The position numbers were made by a program, and so were the translations under genes. Below, in pieces: positions 23,952 through 34,897 of a DNA stretch of 64,000 nt (its first letter is position 1; the number at the start of each line of letters is the position of its first letter). Under the pieces are notes generated by a model that made no database searches, was not told the DNA's origin, and saw nothing but the letters and a program-made list of their open reading frames with translations. Origin of the DNA: Octopus vulgaris (taxonomy: Eukaryota); contig OX597815.1 in assembly GCA_951406725.2 (NCBI GenBank), positions 173,042,001 through 173,106,000 of the forward strand, in the 5' to 3' direction.

Positions 23952-25569
23952 CTAATAATAAACACAGAAATTTCAACTTGAAAAAAAATGACTAAATAAA
24001 TTTCAAGACATTTGCTTCATTCTAATAAGACAGGTTTTAATTTTCTTAAAATTATTAAACATTAACTGCATTGAAAATTTTAAAAAAAATTTTTAATGAG
24101 AGAAAAACAAATCATTATATCAACCATAAGCAGTAATGAATCAGAAAAATATTCACACACACACATATATATAGTCACAAAAAGGGGATTGTGAATTTAA
24201 CCTACAAAAGAAAGGACACAATGGGACAAATGTGAGGATAAAAAAAATCTATCAAAGAAGCAATATTAAGGGGAGATTAATAGTTCAATTTTATAAACAT
24301 TGTGCATTTACCTGCTTTCACAACACACAACTTAAAACGAAACTAAAATATTAGATTCACTTAATATTATCTTCTGGAATTCAGAAACTATTATTTAATT
24401 CCAGTTATTTCATTTCTAGACAACTCTTTTTCAGTTAACAGTAGAATTAAGCATTGTGGACAAACAAAAATTTGTCTACAGTGTTGTTGTTTATACAATG
24501 AAGGAGCACGGCCAAGTGGTTGAGTTCATAATAATAAGGTCATAGGTTTGATATCTGGATTGGGTGGCACCTTGTTTATAACCAATTATACTATATTACA
24601 GCAAAATGATTTGGGCTGATGAGAACAAAGTGTATAGGCTAAAGACACAAAGCATCCATCACCAAATGATTTATCAATCCTTTATTTGAATATCTTATGA
24701 ATATGGTTATTCATAACCCTCATAGTTCAATTAATGAGATATTCAATTCTAAAATGAAGGAATCAATTTCAAATTTAAATTGCATTAATAATCTAAATTT
24801 ACTTGCCAGTAATGTTGAAATAAAAACATTCTATTTAATCACATACCAATGTTTATAATATTTTTTAACAGACAATTACACTCAAGTTTTTAAAGCTTAA
24901 GATACATTTATAATAAGTTTAAACTAATTGTACCAAGTACACTACATCCACCTTCTCCTTCTGTTCTGCTGTCATCACTCTCATGCTGTCTACCATAATA
25001 TTCTGGCTTCTTTTCTCCCACACATCCTGTACCTCTATCATAGATCTTATCTCCTGGGTCTTGTTGACTTCTAATCTTTTGGACATTATGTTTTGACTAT
25101 ATGTACTCTCTAACAATACTCTTCCTCCCATTATGCATCCCTCTTACTACTGTCATTCATGCCACATTACTGTAAAAAGACTAACCAGCCAGCAGACACG
25201 TGAAATCCCTTTAGATATGTTAAGGGTGTTAGGAAGGGCATCCAGCCACAGAAATCAAGCCAAAAATGAAGCATATAAGTGAGATGTGGTCTTCTGACCT
25301 GCTTCAATGGGCAGACTGGAATATGTACTATTACAACCCATATAACCTATGCCAGCATGAAAAACAGACATAAAACAATGATGATGATGATGGTGGTGGT
25401 GGTGGTAAATTTCTCAAACTGAATATGTTTATCCAGTTCTATAATTATTTTTCTTTTAATTTTAAATTTTACTCTTGTACCTGTATGAATGATATGATTT
25501 TTGTCAATTTCTTTCTTTTACAGCTAGTTATACTTCCTATTACTTAACATTCAAGCATGAAGTAAGAAT

Positions 25570-25745
25570 TGCTTCAAAATTTGGCACAAGGCCAGTAATT
25601 TCAGGAAGAGATGTTAGTTAAATACACTGACTCTAGTACTTTTTATTTTATTGATTCTGAAAGCATGAAAAGCAAAGTTGATCCGGTTGGAATTTGTACT
25701 CAGAGTGTAAAGCATTTTGTCCAGCACAATAACGTGTCTGCCAAT
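25570..25745 (-). mobile_element. SINE with Meta-like core (family C)
   Basis: Minus strand tcaactttgcttttcatgctttcagaatcaataaaat; related copies at ~33645-33790 and ~37895-38000. Confidence 0.6.
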
Positions 25746-25808
25746 CAAACTAAAGACATATGTACCTTGCTCAAGACCATTACATAATAGTCTTTAACCC
25801 AATTCTTA

Positions 25809-26145
25809 AGGTGCATGGCTCAGTGGTTGGAGCATCAGGCTCACTCATGAGGTAGTGAGTTCGATTCCTGAACCAGGCAGTGTTGTGTTCTTGAGCAAGA
25901 CATTATCTCACACTGTTTCAGTTCACTCAGCTGTAGAAATGAGTTGCAATGTCACTGGTGTCAAAGTGTAATGGCCTTTGCTTTTCTCTTGGATAACATT
26001 GGTGGCATGGAGAGGGGAGATTAGTATATATGGACGACTGCTGGTCTTCCATAAACAAGCTTGCCCAGACTTGTGTCTTGGAGGGGAACTTTCTAGGTGC
26101 AATCCCATGGTCATTCATGAGTGAAGGATGTCTTTACCCTTTAAC
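25809..26145 (+). mobile_element. tRNA-derived CORE-like SINE (family B)
   Basis: tggctcagtggtt A box, gagttcgattcc B box, core tgtgttcttgagcaagacatt...ctcagctgtagaaatgag. Confidence 0.75.
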
Positions 26146-26193
26146 CCCATTAATATACAAAAAGGGGGGAAAATTGTAGAGACAGGTACTTAC

Positions 26194-26288
26194 TTAAGAA
26201 ATTCAGGGTCATGTTCCCTCAACATTGTTTCAAGTTCTTCTAGTTGTTCCTCCTCAACCTCAGAATCAGTATCTCCACCATCAGGATT
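26194..26288 (-). CDS. ACTR5: ACTR5 exon (NPDGGDTDSEVEEEQLEELETMLREHDPEFL)
   Basis: GT-AG, phases 0->2; HDP.F motif. Confidence 0.93.
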
Positions 26289-26451
26289 CTAAAAAAAAAA
26301 TATAATCATTCACACAAAACAAACTCACAAAAAATAAAAAAAAGACCCAAAGAAATATGAGGAGTCTATAAACAAGATATTTTTTTTCTGTATGTTTATA
26401 CATTATGTAGATATTTAGAAAAACAGTAAAAAAAATTAAAAACATAAGCAT

Positions 26452-26602
26452 ATGCATGGCTGTATGATTAAGAAACTCACTTTTCAACCATATGGTTTCA
26501 GGCTCAATTCCACTGCATGGCATGTTGGTTGTCTTCTATTATAGCCCCAAGTTGACCAATGCCTTGTGAGTTAATTTGGTAGACAGAAACTGTTTGGAAG
26601 CT
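26452..26602 (+). mobile_element. tRNA-derived SINE, family A
   Basis: Shared head and body. Confidence 0.75.
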
Positions 26603-27018
26603 TATGTGTGTGTGTGTGTGTGTGTGTATTATTGATATAAGAATTTAGATTCTTTTGAGAAAATATGAAAATTGTTTTTTTGGAACAGTGCATCTCGAAG
26701 CACATAAAGCTTTAAATAATAGTGTGTAAACAATCGAATACAAAAATCCTTGCATGTGATGTGGGTTCGTGTCCTCCATGTAGCTTTCAACTTTTTCTAT
26801 CCAAGGATATTTTTTATTCTTAAACCCAATATTTACACATGATTATTTATAGCTTCCTGTGCTTTGAGATTCACTGTTCTGCAAAAGTGTTTTTGTGTTT
26901 GTCCCTCATCACCACTTGACAACCTTCACAGTGGTGCCCCAGCATGGCTTCAGTCTAATAGCTAAAACAAGTAAAAGATGTCTGTGAAAATTTCATTTTC
27001 TTCCAGAATAATACTCAC

Positions 27019-27086
27019 AATTTCCTTGTACACATCCCAATCAGCATCATTCTGTCCAAAATTATCATCCTTTTGTTTTTTGTTAT
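27019..27086 (-). CDS. ACTR5: ACTR5 exon (NKKQKDDNFGQNDADWDVYKEI)
   Basis: GT-AG, phases 1->0; DxFGxxDxDWxVY motif of Arp5. Confidence 0.95.
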
Positions 27087-28754
27087 CTGAAAGATGAAGA
27101 GAATTTTTTTATATATGAATTTACAATTTACTTTTCATGACCTTCAAGCCGACAGATAATTACAAAAAATAATTCAATACTATTTGTTTCAGGATATTTT
27201 TTTTGATCTTTCAAATAATTATTTAACACACTTTTTACTGGTCTCAATGCAAGTTTTGTAATGATCTGTTGTAGGTTTCAGTATGTTGAGACAATCTATA
27301 ACAAAAGATTTATTTAATTTCCATGCCCCACCACCAACACTTTTTTACAGCTGACATTGCAATCACACACACACACTATATTCACAGTGAGGAATATAGT
27401 CCTAAGAACTAAGTCTGGTCGCTGCAACATTTGCAGATTCATCATAAGGAAAGAAGTTAAAACAGGAAAAAAACAAAAAAAAACAAAAAGAGAATATAGT
27501 GAAAAGTATATGATAAAGTTGGAAGGTGGAGAAAGGGATAACAAAAAGAAATGATTAATGCTGAACATAAATCTTCGCCATTACTGTCCTCAATCAAAAC
27601 TTCTGTCTTTCTCCAACTCACTTCTTCCGGTCAGTCTACTTAAATATCACCTTGTGCTCCTCTTCTACTCATTCTTTCTTCGACCACAGCGATGTCCAAA
27701 GCAAGCTAAGAATTCTCATTTCATTTCTTCCGATCCTCATACTACATACATACATTTGCCGCTAACGCTTAAATGTTTGAATCTATTCACTAATCTGCTT
27801 GTTCTTTTCTTTCATGAGCTAAATGTTGATACGATTCCCCACAAAATATAATCCTTTAATTTTTTTAACCCCCCCGGTATGAAGTTAATTCGTTCGTTTC
27901 TCTATGTTACCTTCTTCAACCCCGATTGCTTAATTCTTCTCACTATTGTCCCCAATCAAAATCTTCGCCATTCGCGGTGCGCCCGCCCTTTCCCACCCCC
28001 ACCACCAATACCGGAGAACACTCTGTTTACACCATCTACACCAGATATCCCTTCTCCCACCACCATTACATGTATCTATTCCTCCAACCCCTCCTCCTCA
28101 ATATGCTATTTCACTATGTATTACCCCTACCCCTGCCCCTCTCCCCCAAGATAGAAGCAGCTAGCGCCGCAGCTCATCAACCGTCCCACTTAACCAGTTA
28201 TCTTACGTTTCCTCCTGTTTTGAAATCTGTCACTGCCTCAACCGGCTATCTCCTTCCAGTCCCCTCCCCCACTCGTGATATCCTACGTTTTATTTCCTAC
28301 GTTTCATTCTGTCTAGAACCTGCCACCAACCCTACCTGTCATCGTTTCTCCTTACCCCAACCCTCCCTACTGGTGCTCCCCTATATTACCTACACAATCC
28401 CCCCCCCCACTTTCTCTCCCTCTCTCTCTCTTCTCTCTGCTGGAACCCTTCCCCGCCGCAATGCAACCAAAAATTTTTCTCTCGGCTGGAACCCCACCCC
28501 CAACACTAGAATATCCATGTTTCTGCTACGTTGCTTAAACTACATTACTCAGTGACCATAATGCTTGCTTAGAATGCTACTAACACCTAGAATTTCAGTA
28601 TTTCTGCCACAGAGCTTACATCTACATCATCAATGACCTTAATGTTTATGCTTACAACGCTGCTGACACCAGCTCCTGCCTACGGCAGGGGCCACAACCT
28701 TATCATGCCTAAATGCTTGAATGTTGTCAGGTTGGAAGAGAGATCAGATGAAAA

Positions 28755-31700
28755 ATGCCTAAAAAACGATCACCACCACAACAACCCTCTTCTTTTCAGG
28801 CGCTGAATTGCTCCCCTCCTCCCCACATCTCCTTCCCAGTTTTCAGAGTTGACACTGTCAATGTTGGTACATTGAAAGGTAGGTCTAGTGAGATTGTAGA
28901 GATGCTTGAGAGAAGACGGGTTGATGTATGCTGCATACAAGAGGTAAGATGGAGAGGTGCTTCAGCTAGGGTCCTCACGGGCAAGGCACATAGGTATAAA
29001 GTCTTCTGGCAAGGTAACATGGATGGTGTAGGGGGTGTAGGCATTCTCCTTGCGGAGAAATGGGTGGATAAGGTCATAGAGGTTGTCAGGGTTTGCGATA
29101 GAGTGCTTAAGCTCAGGTTAGTCCTACAGAGTGGCACAGCTATGATTATCTCTGCCTATGCCCCACAAGCGGGACTATCAAATGATCAGAAGGACCACTT
29201 TTATGATACCCTTCTACAGGCTACCTCAAAGACTAGTGGCAAGGACCTCATCTTTGTGGGTGGAGACTTTAATGGGCATGTTGGACAGGAATCAAGTATC
29301 TTCACTGGGGTACACAGTGGCCATGGTATTGGCACCAGAAATGATGAGGGAACTAGACTACTGAAATTCTGTGATGCATGTAACCTTTTAATCTGCAACA
29401 CTAACTTCAGGAAGCCTGACTGCCACCTTATAACCTATCAGTCAGGAGACTCCGCTAGCCAAATAGACTTCATCCTCACCAGACAGCAGGATGCAGGGTT
29501 GCTCTTAAATACAAAGACCCTCCCAGGTGAAGAATGTATCCCTCGGCATAGGCTAATCATCAGTGACTTTAAGCTTGAGGCCAGAAGGACTCCAAGAAAC
29601 AAACCAATCCAGAAAAGAAGGATTTGGAAGCTAAAGAACACTTCACATGGTCAGAGATTTAGGGACATCCTCATCAAGAAATTTGATGAGAGGGAGGAGG
29701 AGCTTCAGACGTCGAACATAGAAGGTAGCTGGGAATTCCTACGGGACAGCTTGCTGAGTGCCACAGACCAAGTCTGTGGATGGTGCAAAGTCCCTTCCAG
29801 ACCTAGAGTTACGTGGTGGTGGAATAGTGCAGTAGACAAAGCCATTAGTGCAAAGAGACAGGCCTGGAAAGCCTGGAGGGATGGGGGTAGCAGGGAACTG
29901 TACCAGGTAGCCAAAAGGGAGGCTGGGCGGCAGGTATACATAGCCAAAGATGTAGCAGAAAAGAAGAAGTTTGCCAATGTCCAGCGACGTGAGGACCAAA
30001 GAGCTGAGGTATTTCGGATTACCAGACAGTGTGTGAGAGAAAATAGTGATGTTACAGGAGAGAAATGTGTCCGCATGGATGATGGGGCACTTGCTTTTAA
30101 TGTTGGTGAAAAGAAAGAGGCTTGGAGAAGCCATTATGAAAGACTGCTGAATGAGGAGAATGAATGGGAGGAGGAGAGCCTGCCAAATGTTGACCCAGTA
30201 GAGGGACCAGCTATCTGAATAGAGAGCTCCCTTGTAGTTAAGGCAATTAAGGATATGAAACCAGGTAAAGCCCCCGGCCCATCAGGAATCACTGCTGAGA
30301 TGCTTAAAACAGCTGGCTACGTGGGCTATGGCCTAGTCACCCGCATTGTAAACCAGGTAGTTCATAATGGAGTCATACCCAATGACTGGCGTAGCAGCAC
30401 CATAGTCAACTGCTACAAGGGTAAGAGTGATGCTCTAGATAGAAATAACTACAGGGGTATTAAACTGTTGGATCAGGTGATGAAGGTCACAGAGAGGGTC
30501 ATAACCCATCTCATTAGGGAGAGAATTTGCTTAGATGAGATGCAGTTCGGTTTTGTGCCGGGTAGAAGCACCACTGATGCTATATTATTCCTGGTCCGAC
30601 AACTACAGGAGAAGTACCTAGCTAAAGATAAACCCCTCTACATAGCTTTTGTGGACTTGGAGAAAGCCTTTGACAGGGTTCCCCGATCCCTTATCTGGTG
30701 GTCGAAATGGAAACTGGAGATTGACGAATGGCTAATAAGGGCTGTACAGGCTCTATACAGAGAGGCTGTCAGTAAGGTTAGGATTGGCAACGAATATAGT
30801 GAAGAATTCCGGGTAGAAGTAAGTGTACACCAAGGCTCAGCGCTCAGTCCCCTTTTATTCATCATAGTCCTCCAGGCAATAATAGAGGAATTCAAAACAG
30901 GATGCCCCTGGGAGCTCCTCTATGCTGATGACCTGGCTCTCATAGCAGAATCACTACCGGAACTAGAAAAGAAATTTCGGGTGTGGAAGCAAGGGTTAGA
31001 ATCAAAGGGCCTTAGAGTAAATGTAGCAAAGACCAAAGTTATAGTAAGCAGAAAGGCGAACTCAGCACACACCCCATCGGGCAGGTGGCGCTGCTCGATC
31101 TGTAGGAAAGGTGTAGGTAGAAACTCCATAAGATGCACCCAATGTAAGCTATGGACGCATAAGAGGTGCAGCAACATCAAAGGGAAATTAACTGATAAGA
31201 TAGCTTTCATGTGCGGCAGATGCACAGGGACAATAGACACCACAGACACTCAGAAAACAGATTCCATCACACTCCAGGGGAGAAACTAGAAGTAGTTGAT
31301 AGTTTCCGCTACCTGGGTGACCAAGTTAGTAGTGGAGGTGGATGCTCAGAGAGTATCACCACTAGAATACGAATAGCCTGGGCAAAGTTCAGAAAGCTCC
31401 TACCCCTACTGGCGACAAAGGGTCTCTCGCTCAGAGTGAAAGGTAGGTTGTATGATGCATGTGTGCGAACTGCCATGTTTCACGGTAGTGAAACATGGGC
31501 TGTGACTGCAGAGGACATGCGTAGACTTGAAAGAAATTAAGCTAGTATGATCCGCTGGATGTGTAATGTCAGTGTGCATGCACGACAGAGTGTAAGCACC
31601 CTGAGAGAAATGCTGGACATAAGAAGCATCAGATGTGGTGTGCAAGAGCGACGCTTGCGATGGTATGGTCATGTACTGCGGATGGATGAGGAGAGATGTG

Positions 31701-31891
31701 TGAAGAAGTGCCACTCCCAAACAGTTGAAGGTATCAGGGGGAGAGGTAGACCCAGGAAGACATGGGATGAGGTAGTCAAGCATGACCTCAGAGCGTTGGG
31801 CTTCACTGAGGCAATGGCGAAGGACCGAGATCTCTGGAGATATGCTGTGACTGCAAAGACCCGGGCTGCTTCCTGCACCAGTTCCGCATAG
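28755..31891 (+). pseudogene. RTE polyprotein (endonuclease/reverse transcriptase) with three lesions
   Basis: ORF pieces 28755-30218, 30255-31289, 31211-31540 and 31547-31891 join into one ~1040-aa protein. The TGA at 30216 is CGA in the copy at ~39692. Confidence 0.92.
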
Positions 31892-32010
31892 CCCCTGCCC
31901 ATTCAAAGTACCCTGGATTCCAGAACGTCCCGCTGTGCTTGAGGAGACCTGTTGAGTCATGAACATGAACATCGAAATAAAAATCAATGGAAATACTAGT
32001 TGTGATACCT

Positions 32011-32433
32011 GTGCCGGTGGCACATAAAAAGCACCATCCTAACGTGGCCGTTGCCAGCGCCGCCTCGACTGGCTTCTGTGCCGGTAGCACATAAAAAGCG
32101 CCATCCGAACGTGGCCGTTGCCAGCGCCGCCTCAACTGGCTTCCGTGCCAGTAGCACATAAAAAGCACCATCCGAACGTGGCCGATGCAGCGCCGCCTCG
32201 ACTGGCTTGTGTGCCAGTGGTACATAAAAAGCACCATCCGAACGTGGCCGATGCCAGCGCTGCCTCGACTGGCTCCAGTGCCGGTGGTACATAAAAAGCA
32301 CCTCCTGAACGTGGCCGTTGTCAGCGCCGCCTTGGCTGGCTTCCATGCCGGTGGCACGTTAAAAGCTCCAACCGATTGTGGCCGATGCCGGACCCCCCCT
32401 GGCACCTGTGCAGGTGGCACGTAAAAAGCACCC
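32011..32433 (+). repeat. Tandem array of 63-67-bp structured units in the LINE 3' UTR (6 full plus 1 partial)
   Basis: Units start at 32011, 32078, 32145, 32211, 32278, 32345 and 32408. Consensus gtgccggtggcacataaaaagcaccatccgaacgtggccgttgccag-N11-ctggcttc. Confidence 0.95.
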
Positions 32434-32975
32434 ACTACACTCGCGGAGTGGTTGGCGTTAGGAAGGGCATCCAGCTGTAGAAACTCTGCCAGATCAGACT
32501 GGAGCCTGGTGCAGCCCCTGGCTTCCCAGACCCCGGTTGAACTGTCCAACCCGTGCTAGCGCGGAAAACGGACGTTAAACGATGATGATGATGATGATGA
32601 TGATAACAGACAGGGGAGGAGTCAACGATAGGAGAAGCCTATTCTAAGAGTACTGAGATAGGTAGATTTAATTCTGTGTCTGAATGCAATAGAAGGAGTG
32701 AAGGCGATGTCTAATTTTAAATGTATTTTCCATGAGCCCAATATACTTCTTTTTCTATACCATCTGCTGGTGTTATTTTTCCTGAGTGCGTAAATGCTTT
32801 TGTGATACATTTGCCATTAAATGGACAAAAATGTGGCATATATGCTGCCTGCTCAACACAAGATGTCATACTGCATAGGTGACAACTGCAATTACTAAGA
32901 TAAAATACATTACAAAGAATCAGTGCAGAGAGAAAAAACAACTATTTTAAATAACAATCAGAAAATAAAACCTAC

Positions 32976-33084
32976 TTTGTGCGAGTTGGGAGATAATTTT
33001 CATCCTTTGCTGAGAGGCTAGTGTCCTTCGTTTGGCCATGTCTATTTTGCGTTGTCGTCGGTTGGTTCGAGATTCCAATAAGTT
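32976..33084 (-). CDS. ACTR5: ACTR5 exon (NLLESRTNRRQRKIDMAKRRTLASQQRMKIISQLAQ)
   Basis: GT-AG, phases 0->1; ASQ.RM..I..LA motif. Confidence 0.93.
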
Positions 33085-33186
33085 CTAAATGATGTAGATA
33101 TAAGAAGCATGTAATTAAGAATTCTTTAGGCAGTTGATACATATCCTCGATAGAAATTGGCTTAAGTTGCCAAGAAAATACTTTAC

Positions 33187-33270
33187 CTTTCGCTTCTGCC
33201 TGACTTCATATAACCAACTGTCAAAATCAGTCAGACGTTTTTGCTCCATAAGTAATTCTTCTGCCACTTC
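33187..33270 (-). CDS. ACTR5: ACTR5 exon (EVAEELLMEQKRLTDFDSWLYEVRQKRK)
   Basis: AAG acceptor, GT donor, phases 0->0. Confidence 0.88.
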
Positions 33271-33960
33271 CTTGAAAAGTTAAAAATAAATAAATGAGTT
33301 TACATTAAAAAAAAAAAAAAAGGAAAAAATAATGTTGAAATGACATTAAATTTAGATTAATAAGTAAGATTTATGGAACAGTCTTAGTTTTGTTCTAACA
33401 TTAGTCAATAAATTTAGATATGACAAGCATGGAAAATAAACAGGGAGTAAATATAAATAATAGGCAACACATTGCAATAAATTGGGGCAGAATAGTAACA
33501 GGAAAGTTAGTATAGAATAGAAAGAAAAGAAGAGTATAATCCTAAGTGATAAAAATTTGATATAATTAAATTATATCTGTTCTATCAGCAATATTTTATT
33601 GTAATTTATGTTGAAGGTAATTCTTATCAGGTGATAATATAGGGATTGGCAGAATTAGTAGAGAGACAGATAAAATGTTTTGTAGCATTTGATATGTGCC
33701 TTTATGATAAGTTCAAATTCCATTGAGGTTACTTTGCCTTCCTCCTCGGAAATCAAAATGAGTACCAGTCAAACACTGGTTCAAAATAATCATCTATATC
33801 CTTATCGATAATTGTATGAAGAATCAACAATGATATATATTACTTGTCATTAGATAAAAAAAATATGTTGAAAAAAACACACCTATATACAAGATATAGA
33901 AAGATATGCAGGAATTAATTCCGTACAACATGTTAGAAAAAAAATAAAATAAAACCATAC

Positions 33961-34120
33961 TGTTTGGATTTTAGCTTGTTGTAAAGCCTGTGCCTGTGCC
34001 TGGCCTTCTTGAGCAGCCTTCAGAATATGCTGTTTCCTCTTAGCTGCTTGTTGTTCAATGGTAAGCATTTCATCAGGAATATTGAGAAGATCAAATTTAG
34101 ATTCTTTATTCTTCTTTATT
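33961..34120 (-). CDS. ACTR5: ACTR5 exon (IKKNKESKFDLLNIPDEMLTIEQQAAKRKQHILKAAQEG...)
   Basis: Acceptor ttcaacag (phase 2), donor ACA|gtatgg; LL.IPD..L...Q...KRKQ..LKA motif. Confidence 0.88.
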
Positions 34121-34407
34121 CTGTTGAAGATTTAAAAGATAATTTCAAAATTAGCAGATAATTTCAGAATTTGGATGTTAAGAATAAAGAAAAGTACATA
34201 GAGAAATCTCTTACACTAACAAGTCTTTTTGCTTTTCATTTCATATCTAAAACACTTTGACTAGTTATAATGATATGTCAATTCAATACACCTACCAATT
34301 ATTCTCAGTTAAAGTAAGGGATTGGTAAATTAAGATGCTGACATTCATAATAAATTTAGCATGACTAAAATTGGTATATATGAAAAAATAAACAGATATC
34401 ACAGTAC

Positions 34408-34415
34408 CTACTGCT
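34408..34415 (-). CDS. ACTR5: Candidate 8-nt ACTR5 microexon (AGC AGT AG|A = Ser-Ser-Arg)
   Basis: tttgttgcattttag|AGCAGTAG|gtactg; bridges a phase-0 donor to a phase-2 acceptor. Confidence 0.55.
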
Positions 34416-34771
34416 CTAAAATGCAACAAAATTGTAGAAATGCAATTCACTTCAAAATAACTTACCAAAAATCATTGAGTCTAATTCTTCATTTTTATTT
34501 TTTGAAAATAAATACCCTTTAAATAAGTAGTGGCTATGTTAAAATTATCTAAACTGTACCAGCATGACTCCCACCTCTCAAAAAAAAACAAAAACAACAC
34601 ACTAAATGAACTATATCAGGATTGATAGCATGATATGGTTCATTTAGCAAACAAACAATTTTTTAGAGTTCAGCTTTATTTTATTCAAATGTTGAGCCAA
34701 ACTTGATTTACGCTTTCTTAACATTTTAAAATCTATACCAGTTTGTGCAAAATTTATTTTCAAAAAAATAC

Positions 34772-34897
34772 CTCTGGTTCTTCTGTAAGTTCTTTTCCAT
34801 GGATTTTTGCCCTTGTGCGCTGTATATTAGCAGAAAGTTTATTCATAGTAGCAAGGAGTTCATCACTGGAGTGGAATCCCATGTCCTTCAGAACTTG
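34772..34897 (-). CDS. ACTR5: ACTR5 exon (QVLKDMGFHSSDELLATMNKLSANIQRTRAKIHGKELTEEPE)
   Basis: GT-AG, phases 0->0. Confidence 0.9.

Larger units (their letters stand above)
27570..32603 (+). mobile_element. Near full-length RTE-clade LINE (APE endonuclease - RT - PHD finger - thumb), antisense in an ACTR5 intron; 5' boundary uncertain
   Basis: Polyprotein 28755-31891: NVGTL..VDVCCIQEVRW, GDFNGH, IDFIL (APE); QFGF, FVDLEKAFDRV, HQGSALSP, YADD (RT). Only two stops (30216, 31538) and one frameshift (~31280). 3' UTR array and (gat)n tail. Confidence 0.95.

Noticed and set aside
27926-28555. 209-aa Pro/Ser/Leu-rich ORF as LINE ORF1
   Set aside because: Non-ATG start in a pyrimidine-rich, stop-poor tract; no domain motif.
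32011-32077. Pistol, hammerhead or twister ribozyme assignment for the unit
   Set aside because: Only superficial pistol-like features (CACG-TAAA, GCG); the P2/P3 junction could not be fitted, and hammerhead and twister cores are absent.
32011-32433. CRISPR-like array (palindromic repeat plus variable segment)
   Set aside because: Eukaryotic context, no cas genes, and whole units are homologous with no unique spacers.
28796-32549. Antisense and alternative-frame ORFs over RTE copies (also 5695-6399, 39035-41918)
   Set aside because: Shadows of the LINE ORF and of the tandem units.
34466-34480. Alternative small ACTR5 exons near 34466 and 34560
   Set aside because: Wrong phase or in-frame TGA.
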